44,215 nucleotides of DNA from a virus: the IMG/VR virus record IMGVR_UViG_3300044501_000006, positions 1 to 44,215 of that record. The stretch is one strand, 5' to 3'. Positions 23,366 to 32,393 of this stretch are shown here, piece by piece; positions within the stretch are counted from its first letter, which is position 1, and every line of letters starts with the position of its first letter. A model generated the notes under the pieces. The model ran no database searches. It was not told the origin of the DNA and was given only the letters and a program-made list of their open reading frames with translations. The position numbers and the translations under genes are program-made.

Positions 23366-24834
23366 ACACGGCGCAGCAGCACGGCAGCGTCGCAGCGCTG
23401 GCCGCGTTCATGCAGGAGTACGGCCCGGCGGCTGGGGAGGACGGCCCGGTCCGGTTCGTGCGCGAGGTGCTGGGCGAGACGCCGGACCCGTGGCAGGAGG
23501 CCCTGCTCCGCGCGCTCGGCCGTGGGGTGCGTTACATCTCGGTGCGCTCGGGCCACAACGTCGGCAAAACGGCCGTGGCCGCCTGGTGCATCGTCTATCA
23601 CATTCTCTGCCGTTACCCGCAGAAAACGGCCTGCACGGCGCCGACCAGTTCCCAACTGAACGACGCGCTCGCGTCTGAAGTCAAGAAGTGGATCGGGCGC
23701 CTGCCGCAGCCGCTCCAGGTGTGTCTCGACATCAAGAGCGACACCATTATGCTCAAGGCGAAGCCGGCTGAGAGTTTCGTCACGTTCAAGACGGCGCGCG
23801 CGGAGCAGCCGGAAGCGATCGCGGGCCTACACTCTGGTGACGGGTTCGTTTTGATCGTGGTGGACGAGGCGTCCGGCGTGCCGGAACCGATCTTTGAAGC
23901 GGCGTCCGGCTCGATGGCGGACCTGAACGCGACGACCCTTCTGCTCGGGAACCCGACGCGCACGAGCGGCACGTTCTTCGACTCCCACCACAAGCTGAAG
24001 GACCGCTGGCTCACCATGCACGTGCACGGGAAGCCGGGCTATACGCGCGGTATCTACAGTGCGCGTGTGTCGCCCGAGTACGCGCAGGATCAGGCGGCGC
24101 GCTACGGGGACGAGTCGAACGCGTACCGGGTGCGCGTGCTGGGTGAGTTCCCGCGCTCCGACCTTGATACGATCATCCCGTACGAGTTGGTCGCGAGCGC
24201 GCAGGAGCGGGAGATTCAGGTGTTGCCGAACACGCCGGAGATTTGGGGACTCGACGTGGCGTGGAAGGGGGACGACCTGGCCGCGCTCTGTAAGCGGCGC
24301 GGCAAGGTGGTGCGGGAGCCGGTGCGTGTGTGGCACAACCTGGAAGCGATGCAGTTGGTGGGCGCGGTGAAAGCGGAGTGGGACGCGTGCCCGCTCGCGG
24401 ACCGCCCGGTCGCGATCAACGTGGACGCGATCAACTACGGGGAGGCGATCGCGGACCGCTTGCGTGAACTCCACCTGCCCGCGCGCTCGATCAACGTGGC
24501 GGAACTGCCCGCGCTGGACGGCCGCTACCCGAACGTGCGCACGGAACTGTGGTACAAGGCGAAGCAGTGGCTCTCGACGCGCGACTGCGCGTTGCCACGG
24601 GACGCGGAACTGGAAGCGGACCTGGTCAGCACGAAGTACGATATTCTGGACTCGTCGGGGAAGCTGATCGTGGAGCCGAAGAAGAAGGCCAAGAAACGGG
24701 GCATGCGCTCGCCGGATCGGGGCGACGCGTTTATCCTCACCTTTGCAGGGCCGGCGATCACGGCCGGCGGCCTGGGCGGCGGCGTGTGGGGGCGGCGCGA
24801 TCCGCTGAAGCGGAACACGAAGGTGCTCGCGTGA
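23362..24834 (+). CDS. terL: Terminase large subunit
   Basis: Walker A VRSGHNVGKTAV; Walker B FVLIVVDEASGV; C-terminal RNaseH-like nuclease acidic residues (GLDVAW, INVDAINYG, DRGDAF). TTG 23362 in a TTGA overlap (alternative ATG 23410). Confidence 0.92.
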   Translation: MNTAQQHGSVAALAAFMQEYGPAAGEDGPVRFVREVLGETPDPWQEALLRALGRGVRYISVRSGHNVGKTAVAAWCIVYHILCRYPQKTACTAPTSSQLNDALASEVKKWIGRLPQPLQVCLDIKSDTIMLKAKPAESFVTFKTARAEQPEAIAGLHSGDGFVLIVVDEASGVPEPIFEAASGSMADLNATTLLLGNPTRTSGTFFDSHHKLKDRWLTMHVHGKPGYTRGIYSARVSPEYAQDQAARYGDESNAYRVRVLGEFPRSDLDTIIPYELVASAQEREIQVLPNTPEIWGLDVAWKGDDLAALCKRRGKVVREPVRVWHNLEAMQLVGAVKAEWDACPLADRPVAINVDAINYGEAIADRLRELHLPARSINVAELPALDGRYPNVRTELWYKAKQWLSTRDCALPRDAELEADLVSTKYDILDSSGKLIVEPKKKAKKRGMRSPDRGDAFILTFAGPAITAGGLGGGVWGRRDPLKRNTKVLA

Positions 24835-25205
24835 CGCGGCACCGTGTACGTGTGGCGGTTGAGCGTGCGGTGCGGGTGTGGCGCCCACGTTTGGGGCTGG
24901 ACCGCTGGCAGTTGCGGGTAGAGTGGCGGGTACCGCCGCGAGTGCACGCGGTCGCACAATGTTCGTCACGGTACATCTACGGTGAGGTGACGCTCCGGTT
25001 CGACCTGAACAGGTTGGCGGGAAACAGGGAGTACGTGACGGCACGGCATCTGGAGTTTCTGGTGCTGCACGAAATGTCGCACTGCCTCACTGTCGGCATG
25101 AGCGCGGGGGGCGCTGTGGTGCCGGAGCATCTGAACGAGATAGTTACGCACGTGGTCGCGCGGGCGCTGTGGGTGACGCGGTATGGCGTGCAGCCGCCCG
25201 ACTGA
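24831..25205 (+). CDS. Putative zinc metallopeptidase (HExxH; SprT-like size), 124 aa
   Basis: LVLHEMSHC motif; GTG in a GTGA overlap with the terL stop; lies between terL and portal. Confidence 0.65.
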   Translation: MTRHRVRVAVERAVRVWRPRLGLDRWQLRVEWRVPPRVHAVAQCSSRYIYGEVTLRFDLNRLAGNREYVTARHLEFLVLHEMSHCLTVGMSAGGAVVPEHLNEIVTHVVARALWVTRYGVQPPD

Positions 25206-25252
25206 GTAACTTTCGTGTCCATGTTTACCGGAGGACCAGGAACCATGCGCTG

Positions 25253-27469
25253 ATGCCAGACACGTACACGACGCGGGACTCCCGTCCCACGTCCGACAGC
25301 GCGCCGCCCAAACGGCGCCAGGTCAAGAAGGATGCCGAGATCGCGTCGCTGGTGGGGCGCATGGTGGACGAGGCGTCCAGTTTCATCAGTGACCACCTCG
25401 AAGCGGATCGCGCCCTCGCGACCAAATACTACAAGGGGGAACCGTTCGGGAACGAGGAGGAAGGGCGATCCAAAGTCGTCATGACGGAGGTGCGCGACAC
25501 GGTGCTGGGCCAATTGCCGGCGCTGGTGCGCGTGTTCACGGGCGGGGATCGCGTGGTCGAGTTCGGTCCGCAAGAGATGGAGGACGAGGAGATCGCCGCG
25601 CAACGGACCGACTACATCAACTACGAGTTCATGGAGGACAACAACGGCCCGTTCGTGCTGCACAACGTGTTCAAGGACGCGCTGAAGCTGCGCACGGGAT
25701 TCGTGAAGTGGTACTGGCGCAAGTGGGAGGAGACGGAACAGGCCGAGTACACGGGCCTCACGGACGAGGACCTGGACATTTTGCTCCTGGACGACGAGGT
25801 AGAGGTAACGGTCACGGCCACGTACGAGGGGCCGGAGATGCCCCCCGCCGAACCGGGCGCGCTGCCCACGCGGCCATCGTTGTCGGACGCGACGGTGGAG
25901 CGCACGCGGAAACGGGGCCGTCTGGTGGTGGAAGCGGTACCGCCCGAGGAAGTGCTGTGGAACCGCACGGCGCGCACGTTCCCGGACGACTGTTTGATTG
26001 TCGTCCACAGCACAGAGCAGCGCATTGACGAGTTGTTGGAGATGGGGTACGACGAGGACGTGGTGCGCGCGGCGGCCGGTGCGCGCGGCGCGACGGACCA
26101 GCGCGATCTCGCGGCCCAGGTGCGCGAGGTGGGGAACGCGTCAGCGGATCGCCGCATCGAGGAGGTGCAGGACGAGGACACGCGCCCGATCCGGTACGAC
26201 GAGGCGTACGTGCACCTGAACGTGGACGGTAAGGTGAAGCTGTGGCAGGTGTGTCTGGCCGGCGATGCGCACACGTTCCTGATGAAGCGCGCGGTAAGTC
26301 ACGTGCCGCTCGCGCTGTTCTGCCCGGACCCTGAACCGCACGTGGTGGCGGGCCGCTCTACGGCCGACGACACGATGGACCTGCAGCGCATCCAGTCCGA
26401 CATCGCGCGCGGTACCCTCGATTCCTTGTCCATGAGCATGGACCCGCGCACGGTTGTGCAGGAAGATTTCATCGAGATGCGGGACCTGCTGAACACGGAA
26501 CGGAACCGCGTGATCCGGGCGCGGGGTGACGTGAACACGGTCATGCGCGAGGTGCGGCACGAGTTCATCGGCAGCGACTCGCTGCCCATGATGCAGTTCT
26601 TCAGCGACGTGAAAGCGAACCGCACCGGCCAGTCGCGGGCGAGCCAAGGGCTCGACCCGGACGTGCTGCAGAGCGCGACGCCCTCGGCCGTGACGGCCAC
26701 GATCAGCAAAGCGCAGGAGCGGGTCATGTACATCGCGTGGGTGTTCGCTCACACGGGCATGCGCACGCTCATGCGCGGGCTGCTGAAAACAACCGTGGAG
26801 AACCAGGACTGGGCGCGCACGGTGCGGTTGCGGAACAAGGTCGTGCGGGCGGACCCGCGCGCATGGAATGCGGACAGTGACGTGGTTATCAATCTCGCGC
26901 TTGGCGCCGGCACGCCGGAGCAGAAACAGACCACGCTCGCGTATGTGGCACAGCAGCAGGAGAAGCTGCTCGGGATGCTAGGGCCAACGCCGTTCGTGAA
27001 CTTCTCGCACTTTCGCCGCACGCTCGCGCGTCTGGTGGAGGCGGGCGGGTATCGGAACGCGGCCGAGTTCTATGGCGAGGTGACGCCCGAGATGGAGCAA
27101 CAGTTGGGACAGATCATGCAGCAGCGCGCGCAGGCGGAACAGGGTGGTGGCGATCAGGCCGGCGTCGCGCAGGCGGTCGCGCAGGTCGAGATGGTGAAAG
27201 CGCAGAGTCAGGACGCGATAGCGCGGGAGAAGTTGGCACTGGACGCGCGTAAGGTGGAACTGGAGGACGACCGGGAGCGGGATAAGCAGGCGGCCGACTT
27301 CATCCTGCGTCGCGTGGAGATTGAGGCGACGGCGAAGGTGTCGCTGGACCGTGAGGCGATGCGCGCCGACCTGACGCGATACCGCGCGGACCTGGACACG
27401 GACGTGGAGCGCGAGCGCATGATGCGTGAGGAACGAACCACGATGCGCATGGAACCCGAGGAGGGTTAG
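25253..27469 (+). CDS. Portal protein (738 aa)
   Basis: Position after terL; size; ATKYYKGEPFGNEEEGRSKVVMTEVRDTV portal-type N-terminal motif; charged, helical C-terminal barrel-like tail. ATG 25253 preferred over the longer ORF start at 25169. Confidence 0.88.
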   Translation: MPDTYTTRDSRPTSDSAPPKRRQVKKDAEIASLVGRMVDEASSFISDHLEADRALATKYYKGEPFGNEEEGRSKVVMTEVRDTVLGQLPALVRVFTGGDRVVEFGPQEMEDEEIAAQRTDYINYEFMEDNNGPFVLHNVFKDALKLRTGFVKWYWRKWEETEQAEYTGLTDEDLDILLLDDEVEVTVTATYEGPEMPPAEPGALPTRPSLSDATVERTRKRGRLVVEAVPPEEVLWNRTARTFPDDCLIVVHSTEQRIDELLEMGYDEDVVRAAAGARGATDQRDLAAQVREVGNASADRRIEEVQDEDTRPIRYDEAYVHLNVDGKVKLWQVCLAGDAHTFLMKRAVSHVPLALFCPDPEPHVVAGRSTADDTMDLQRIQSDIARGTLDSLSMSMDPRTVVQEDFIEMRDLLNTERNRVIRARGDVNTVMREVRHEFIGSDSLPMMQFFSDVKANRTGQSRASQGLDPDVLQSATPSAVTATISKAQERVMYIAWVFAHTGMRTLMRGLLKTTVENQDWARTVRLRNKVVRADPRAWNADSDVVINLALGAGTPEQKQTTLAYVAQQQEKLLGMLGPTPFVNFSHFRRTLARLVEAGGYRNAAEFYGEVTPEMEQQLGQIMQQRAQAEQGGGDQAGVAQAVAQVEMVKAQSQDAIAREKLALDARKVELEDDRERDKQAADFILRRVEIEATAKVSLDREAMRADLTRYRADLDTDVERERMMREERTTMRMEPEEG

Positions 27470-27472
27470 CAC

Positions 27473-27718
27473 ATGGACGCGAAGGAACTGGTCGAGCGCG
27501 GGCGCCGCGCGCGCGCGCTGTTGGAGACGGACATCTTCCGTGAGGCGTGCGAGACGGTCGAGCGCAACTATATCCTGCAGTGGCGAAAGGCCACTGCCGT
27601 GGAGGAGCGCGAACTCGCGCACGCGCGGATCACGGCCCTGACGGACGTGGTGCGCAACATTCACCTGGTGATGGAGCGCGGCGCCCACGAGGCGGCGCTG
27701 CAGCAGAAACAACAGTAG
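27473..27718 (+). CDS. Hypothetical helical protein (81 aa) between portal and scaffold
   Basis: ATG 3 nt after the portal stop; coding-like composition. Confidence 0.65.
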   Translation: MDAKELVERGRRARALLETDIFREACETVERNYILQWRKATAVEERELAHARITALTDVVRNIHLVMERGAHEAALQQKQQ

Positions 27719-27806
27719 GGGCGCTGGTCGGGAGTACACCCGAGAGCGGTTCGCACCTGACGAACCACTCGACACTACCGCAGGATCGCCGGAGGAGTTA
27801 ACTTTC

Positions 27807-28829
27807 ATGTCGAAGGAAAACGTGGAGCCGCGACCCGAAACGCTCGACACGAGCATCGGCGCCGCCGCCGCGAAAATCGAGGGCCTGCTTGGAGCGCCTG
27901 TTGCGCCACCCGCCGCTGCGCCCGACCGACCAGTAGACGAACCGCAGTCTCCGAGACCCGACGCCGCACCGGAGTTGGACGACGCTGTGCTCACCGAGGA
28001 CGATTTTGAGGGTGACGGCCGCGCGGACGACGAGGACGAGCCAGAGGCCGTAGACTACGCGTTCGAGGTGGAGGACGAGGCCGGACAGCCAGTGCGTATC
28101 TCCCGCGAGGAGGGCAAGAAGGGGTATCTGCGGCAGCGTGACTACACGCAGAAAACGCAGAAACTCGCGGACGAGAAACGCGCGGCTGAGAAGGTGGCCG
28201 CTGAAGCGGTCGCGCGGCGCGATCAGTACGCGCGGAAGTTGCAGGCGCTCGAAAAAACGCTACAGGACGCGACGCCGGCCGAGCCGGACTGGGAGAAGTT
28301 GCGGGGCGAGGTACCGCCCGAGGAGTACGCGGCCCAGTTCGCGGACTGGCAGCGCGCGCAGGCACAGCGGCAGCGGGTGCAGGACGAGGTGGCCCGTGTG
28401 CAGCAAGAGCGGGCGCGTGAATACGATCAGGAGTTTGACGTGTTCCGTGCGGAGCAGCAGGCGCTTCTGCACAGAGCGATTCCAGAGTTCGCTGACGCTG
28501 CTAAGGCGGAACCACTGATCGCGCAGTTGGAGACGTACGCGGTGCAGGCGGGGCTCACGAAGGACGAGTTGCAGCGCACGACGGACCATCGCGTGGTTGT
28601 GGCGTTCGTGAAAGCGATGCGGTACGACGCGCTGGTGGCGAAGAAACGACAACTGACGGGCGCGCGTCGCCCGGTGTCGGCCGCAAGGCCTGGCGTCGGT
28701 GGCGGTCAGCGGACCCGGACAACTCCCGAGCAGAAGGCTCGGAACGATGCGCGCGAGCGCCTACGGCAGTCGGGCAGGCCGGAGGACGCGGCGTCCGTGA
28801 TCGAGGGGATTCTCGGGGGCACACGGTAG
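27807..28829 (+). CDS. Scaffolding protein (340 aa)
   Basis: Immediately upstream of the major capsid gene. Acidic N-terminal region, then long E/Q/A/R-rich predicted coiled coil. GGAGGAG SD. Confidence 0.75.
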   Translation: MSKENVEPRPETLDTSIGAAAAKIEGLLGAPVAPPAAAPDRPVDEPQSPRPDAAPELDDAVLTEDDFEGDGRADDEDEPEAVDYAFEVEDEAGQPVRISREEGKKGYLRQRDYTQKTQKLADEKRAAEKVAAEAVARRDQYARKLQALEKTLQDATPAEPDWEKLRGEVPPEEYAAQFADWQRAQAQRQRVQDEVARVQQERAREYDQEFDVFRAEQQALLHRAIPEFADAAKAEPLIAQLETYAVQAGLTKDELQRTTDHRVVVAFVKAMRYDALVAKKRQLTGARRPVSAARPGVGGGQRTRTTPEQKARNDARERLRQSGRPEDAASVIEGILGGTR

Positions 28830-28853
28830 GGCAGGTGTAGGGGAGCAACAATC

Positions 28854-29852
28854 ATGACCATTCTCGCTAACACGTTCCTCACGTTCGATGCGAAGGGCAT
28901 TCGTGAGGACCTGGCGGACGCGATCTACGACATTTCGCCGGAGGACACACCGCTCGTGAGCATGATGAACAAGGTCACGAGCGACCAGACGTTGACCGAG
29001 TGGCAGACGGACGCGCTGCGCGCGCCGGCTACCAATGCGCACGTGGAGGGGGACGACATCACGTCGTTCACGGCCGTCGTGGCCACGGTGCGGGTCGGCA
29101 ACTACCAGCAAATCTTGCAGGAGAACGTCATTATCTCCGGCACCACCGAAGCGACGAAGCGCGCGGGCCGGGGCAGCGAAGTGGGCTATCAGGTCGCGCG
29201 GCGCGGTAAGGAAGTGAAGCGGGACCTGGAGTTCGCCTGCTTCCAGAACCAGGAGGGTGTGGTCGGTTCTGAGACCACGGCGCGCAGGTTCGCGGCGCTG
29301 CTCGCCTGGATCAAGACGAACGTGGACAAGGCGGCTGGTGACGGGGCGAACCCGAACTACACGTCCGGGGTGCCGCTCGGTGTGGGCGGGTCTGGTCCCG
29401 GTCGTGACGATGGCACACAGCGCGCGTTCACAGAGACGATTCTCAAGAGCGTGCTGCAGAAGGGATGGACCAATGGGGCCACGATCGAGGGCAAGTACTT
29501 CTTCCTTGGTCCTGTGAACAAGCAGAAGTTCAGTGGTTTCGGCGGGAACGCGACGAAGACGATGAACATCAGTGATCGTCCAGCGCGGCAGATGGCGATT
29601 CTGGCTGGGGCGGACATGTACTCGTCCGACTGGGGCGTGATAACGATCGTGCCGAGCCGGTGGCAGCGGGAACGGGACGGGTTCTTGATCGACCCGGACT
29701 TCTTGGCGCTGTCCCATCTGCGTCCGTTCCGGGTCGAGGACCTGGCCAAGACGGGCGACACGGCCGCGAAGAAGCTGCTCGTGGAAGAAGTCACACTGCA
29801 GGTGCGGCAGGAAGCGGCGCTCGGGTTGGCCGCTGACCTGACCACGACCTAA
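28854..29852 (+). CDS. Major capsid protein, SU10/DUF5309-type HK97 fold
   Basis: N-terminus FDAKGIREDLADAIYDISPEDTPLVSMM...TEWQTDAL...NAHVEGDD matches my recollection of the DUF5309 capsid signature; size and position fit. Confidence 0.9.
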   Translation: MTILANTFLTFDAKGIREDLADAIYDISPEDTPLVSMMNKVTSDQTLTEWQTDALRAPATNAHVEGDDITSFTAVVATVRVGNYQQILQENVIISGTTEATKRAGRGSEVGYQVARRGKEVKRDLEFACFQNQEGVVGSETTARRFAALLAWIKTNVDKAAGDGANPNYTSGVPLGVGGSGPGRDDGTQRAFTETILKSVLQKGWTNGATIEGKYFFLGPVNKQKFSGFGGNATKTMNISDRPARQMAILAGADMYSSDWGVITIVPSRWQRERDGFLIDPDFLALSHLRPFRVEDLAKTGDTAAKKLLVEEVTLQVRQEAALGLAADLTTT

Positions 29853-29856
29853 CCGT

Positions 29857-29894
29857 AGCGCGGGGCGGGGCGCGAGCCCCGTCCCTGTCGCGCT
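29857..29894 (+). terminator. GC-rich stem-loop with GCGA tetraloop directly after the capsid gene (attenuator/terminator or RNA-stability element)
   Basis: ggggcggggc (29862..29871) / gcga / gccccgtccc (29876..29885): 10 bp including one G-T pair, extendable by agcgc / gcgct. No U-tract follows. Confidence 0.45.
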
Positions 29895-29912
29895 GCGGCG
29901 CGGGGAGGAAGC

Positions 29913-30098
29913 ATGGCGTACAACGCATTGGCGGTCGAATCCCTGTTGGCTGAATCGGCAGATGTGGTGACGATCGCGGAGTTCGTGTCGGACGAGCTAG
30001 AGGACATCATGGCGTCACATCAGGTGAACGCGTCGCTGCTGTCGCACTTGGAGAGTATTCGCGACGTGATGGCCCTGGTGGCGAACCAGTTCTCGTAA
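29913..30098 (+). CDS. Hypothetical small acidic protein (61 aa)
   Basis: ATG with GGGGAGGAAG SD; located after the capsid gene. Confidence 0.6.
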   Translation: MAYNALAVESLLAESADVVTIAEFVSDELEDIMASHQVNASLLSHLESIRDVMALVANQFS

Positions 30099-30110
30099 GA
30101 CGTGAGCGCG

Positions 30111-30142
30111 GCGGGCGGTCCCACGAGCGTGGACCGGCCCGC
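30111..30142 (+). terminator. Second GC-rich stem-loop (about 11 bp with one bulge)
   Basis: gcgggc-g-gtccc ... loop ... ggac-c-g-gcccgc arrangement; followed by acgcacgtttcc. Confidence 0.35.
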
Positions 30143-30154
30143 ACGCACGTTTCC

Positions 30155-30475
30155 ATGACGACAACGCTACTAGTGGACGAAGATTTCCTGGTCGGCCGGC
30201 GCACGCTCTATCATACGGACCCGCACACGGGTGAGAGCATGATCGAGATGCAGCACGACATCGAACCAGGACTAGCAGAAGCGTACGAGCGGCGGAAGGA
30301 CAGGGTGCCGTCCGCGATGGGTGCGGACGGGCTGGGGAACCATTTGGCGTGGGTGCCGATGGTGGTGCTGATGGACCTGCACAAGCGCGGCATCTTGCGG
30401 GACCAGAGCGCGCTGCGCCACTGGTTGAACCAGTCTGAGAACAGGCCGTTCCGTATCAGCACGGAGCGCGTGTGA
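30155..30475 (+). CDS. Hypothetical protein (106 aa)
   Basis: ATG ORF; its stop overlaps the next GTG (GTGA). Confidence 0.65.
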   Translation: MTTTLLVDEDFLVGRRTLYHTDPHTGESMIEMQHDIEPGLAEAYERRKDRVPSAMGADGLGNHLAWVPMVVLMDLHKRGILRDQSALRHWLNQSENRPFRISTERV

Positions 30476-31143
30476 AGGTCGCGATCTGTGTGCCGACGCG
30501 GAACCCGCAGCCGGAGTTCTGCTACTCGCTCGCGCAGTTGATGGCGCACACGGCCGCGATCTTTGAGCGGCACGGTGGTGGCCACGAGTTGGGCCTGTTG
30601 ATGCAGGAGGGCACTTATCTCCCCAAGAATCGGGAGGAGTTGGCTGGGCTCGCACTGGACGCGGACGTGACGCATATCTTGTGGCTCGATGATGACATGC
30701 AGTTCCCGAAGGATGCGCTGTTGCGGTTGATGGGGCGCGAAGTTGAGGTGGTGGGGGCCAACTACGTGGCGCGTGGTGTACCGCCGGTTCCGGTGGCGAT
30801 CAAATGCACGGGGCGCGAGGCGGACGGGCCGGAGCGGGCACGATGTTGGACAGGGCCGGACAGCACGGGGCTGGAAGTGGTGGACGCGATTGGGTTCGGG
30901 TGCACGTTGATGCAGCGCGCGGCGTTCGCGCGCGTGCGGGAGCGGCCCTACTTCGAGAACACGTACGGGCGTTTGCAGCACGGGTGGGTGGGGGAGGATG
31001 TGGATTTCTGCATTAAGTTCCGTCGCGGTGGCGGTGTCGTGCACGTGGACCACGATCTGTCGAAGGAGGTTGGGCACGTGGGGAAGATGGTCTACAAACA
31101 TGAGCACGCGAACGCGCTTTTGAAAGCTGGGTTGGCGGCATGA
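30472..31143 (+). CDS. Glycosyltransferase (GT-A fold, DxD), capsid-proximal
   Basis: MKVAICVPTRNP strand 1; HILWLDDDMQFP DxD motif; IGFGCTLM; VGEDVDFC. Typical GT2-like order. Confidence 0.8.
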   Translation: MKVAICVPTRNPQPEFCYSLAQLMAHTAAIFERHGGGHELGLLMQEGTYLPKNREELAGLALDADVTHILWLDDDMQFPKDALLRLMGREVEVVGANYVARGVPPVPVAIKCTGREADGPERARCWTGPDSTGLEVVDAIGFGCTLMQRAAFARVRERPYFENTYGRLQHGWVGEDVDFCIKFRRGGGVVHVDHDLSKEVGHVGKMVYKHEHANALLKAGLAA

Positions 31144-32393
31144 CCCGCTTCCGTCGTCGTCCCTCGGGCCTGCTCGTGCCCGACTACGAGGTGCGGGGAT
31201 TCCGTCCCTCAGCATTTGGTGGGCGTGGTGGTGTGTTCCGGTCGCGGGGACCGGGGGCGGTGATTGTATCTCCCCCATCATCGCCGACAATTACAAGTAT
31301 CTCGCCGGGTAGTGGTGCTGGAGATGATGCAGTCGAGATCGTCGGGACGAACTTTGTGGCGAGCGGCCTGGTGGTAACGGTGGGCGGTGTTTCGATTACT
31401 CCAAACCTGATAAACTCGACGATTATTCAGGGCATCCTCGGCGCCCACGCGAATGGGCTCGTCAACGTCTATGTCGCGACGGCGAACGGCAACGATACAC
31501 TCGTCAATGGGTTCACCTATGCGGCGGCGGGCGAAGACGAGCCAATCGATCCAGGGTCGGGCTATCTCTGGTCCAACGGGTTCGATGCGTACACGGACGA
31601 GGGCAATAACATCTTATTCATGCGGGACAATGACCAGCACTACGGAGATTTCTTTTCTGTCTTTCGGCTGTCTAGCTCCAACGTTAACGGGCAGTCGCTC
31701 ATCACGGGCCGTGGTGGTGCTGGCCTCGCCGGGCGCTGCGCGATAGGGACGGGCGTAAGCGGTTCCGCATGGCACGGCCCCTACGGTGATGGCTACCTCG
31801 ACAGCTACAGCGGCTCACTGGTGATGCAGTTTTGGTTCCGGGTTAGCTCGGGCGGCACGCCGGGAACTGCGGGCATGAAGTGGTGCGAGATTTGGCGGGG
31901 CTCTGGGCATACTGCTCGTGTACAGTGGGGCTTGGATAGAGGCACGGAAGCGCGGCCTTTGTGGTCGTCTGTGCTTGGGTCCAATCCCGGTAACAATGGA
32001 GTCAACCGCACGACACAGCCGGTCGGCCCGTTCTGGGACGCGCTCAACGACGGGAATTGGCATCGGGCAACGCACTTGCTCAAGCTGAACACGAGCACGA
32101 GTTATTCCAACCTGACGGGGACGACCTCAGCCACGGAGACATATAGTGGGACTAGCTCCCGCGACGGCCGCATCGCCATGTGGATTGACGGCGTCAAGAT
32201 ACTGGACTACTCGCAGGCCACTATGGGCGTTACGCCTTCTGGCGGACTCAATCAGTGGTGCTACCAGGGCGACGTGGACATGATCCCGGCGGGAGATTTA
32301 GGCGACTTCCTCTCACTCTCACGACTCTGCAACAACTCGCCTGGGGCGTTCACGGTGGACGACGACGAGCTGAAGATTTGGGCGGTAGCATGA
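31140..32393 (+). CDS. IPT/TIG-domain protein with a C-terminal concanavalin-like lectin/polysaccharide-lyase-like domain (receptor-binding or decoration candidate)
   Basis: ITSISPGSGAGDDAVEIVGTNF...VTVGGVSI...VNVYVATANGNDTLVNGFTY is IPT/TIG-like. The C-terminal part (KWCEIW, DGNWH, IAMWIDGVKI) is jelly-roll/LamG-like. Confidence 0.8.
   Translation: MTRFRRRPSGLLVPDYEVRGFRPSAFGGRGGVFRSRGPGAVIVSPPSSPTITSISPGSGAGDDAVEIVGTNFVASGLVVTVGGVSITPNLINSTIIQGILGAHANGLVNVYVATANGNDTLVNGFTYAAAGEDEPIDPGSGYLWSNGFDAYTDEGNNILFMRDNDQHYGDFFSVFRLSSSNVNGQSLITGRGGAGLAGRCAIGTGVSGSAWHGPYGDGYLDSYSGSLVMQFWFRVSSGGTPGTAGMKWCEIWRGSGHTARVQWGLDRGTEARPLWSSVLGSNPGNNGVNRTTQPVGPFWDALNDGNWHRATHLLKLNTSTSYSNLTGTTSATETYSGTSSRDGRIAMWIDGVKILDYSQATMGVTPSGGLNQWCYQGDVDMIPAGDLGDFLSLSRLCNNSPGAFTVDDDELKIWAVA

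Noticed and set aside
23827-26008. 405-aa and 343-aa minus-strand ORFs opposite terL, the HExxH gene and portal
   Set aside because: Antisense artefacts; they overlap genes with clear terminase and portal motifs and have an implausible composition.
26978-31290. Minus-strand ORFs of 338, 318 and 359 aa opposite portal/scaffold, capsid and the capsid-proximal GT
   Set aside because: Antisense artefacts in a plus-strand operon; no motifs; Arg/His-rich.
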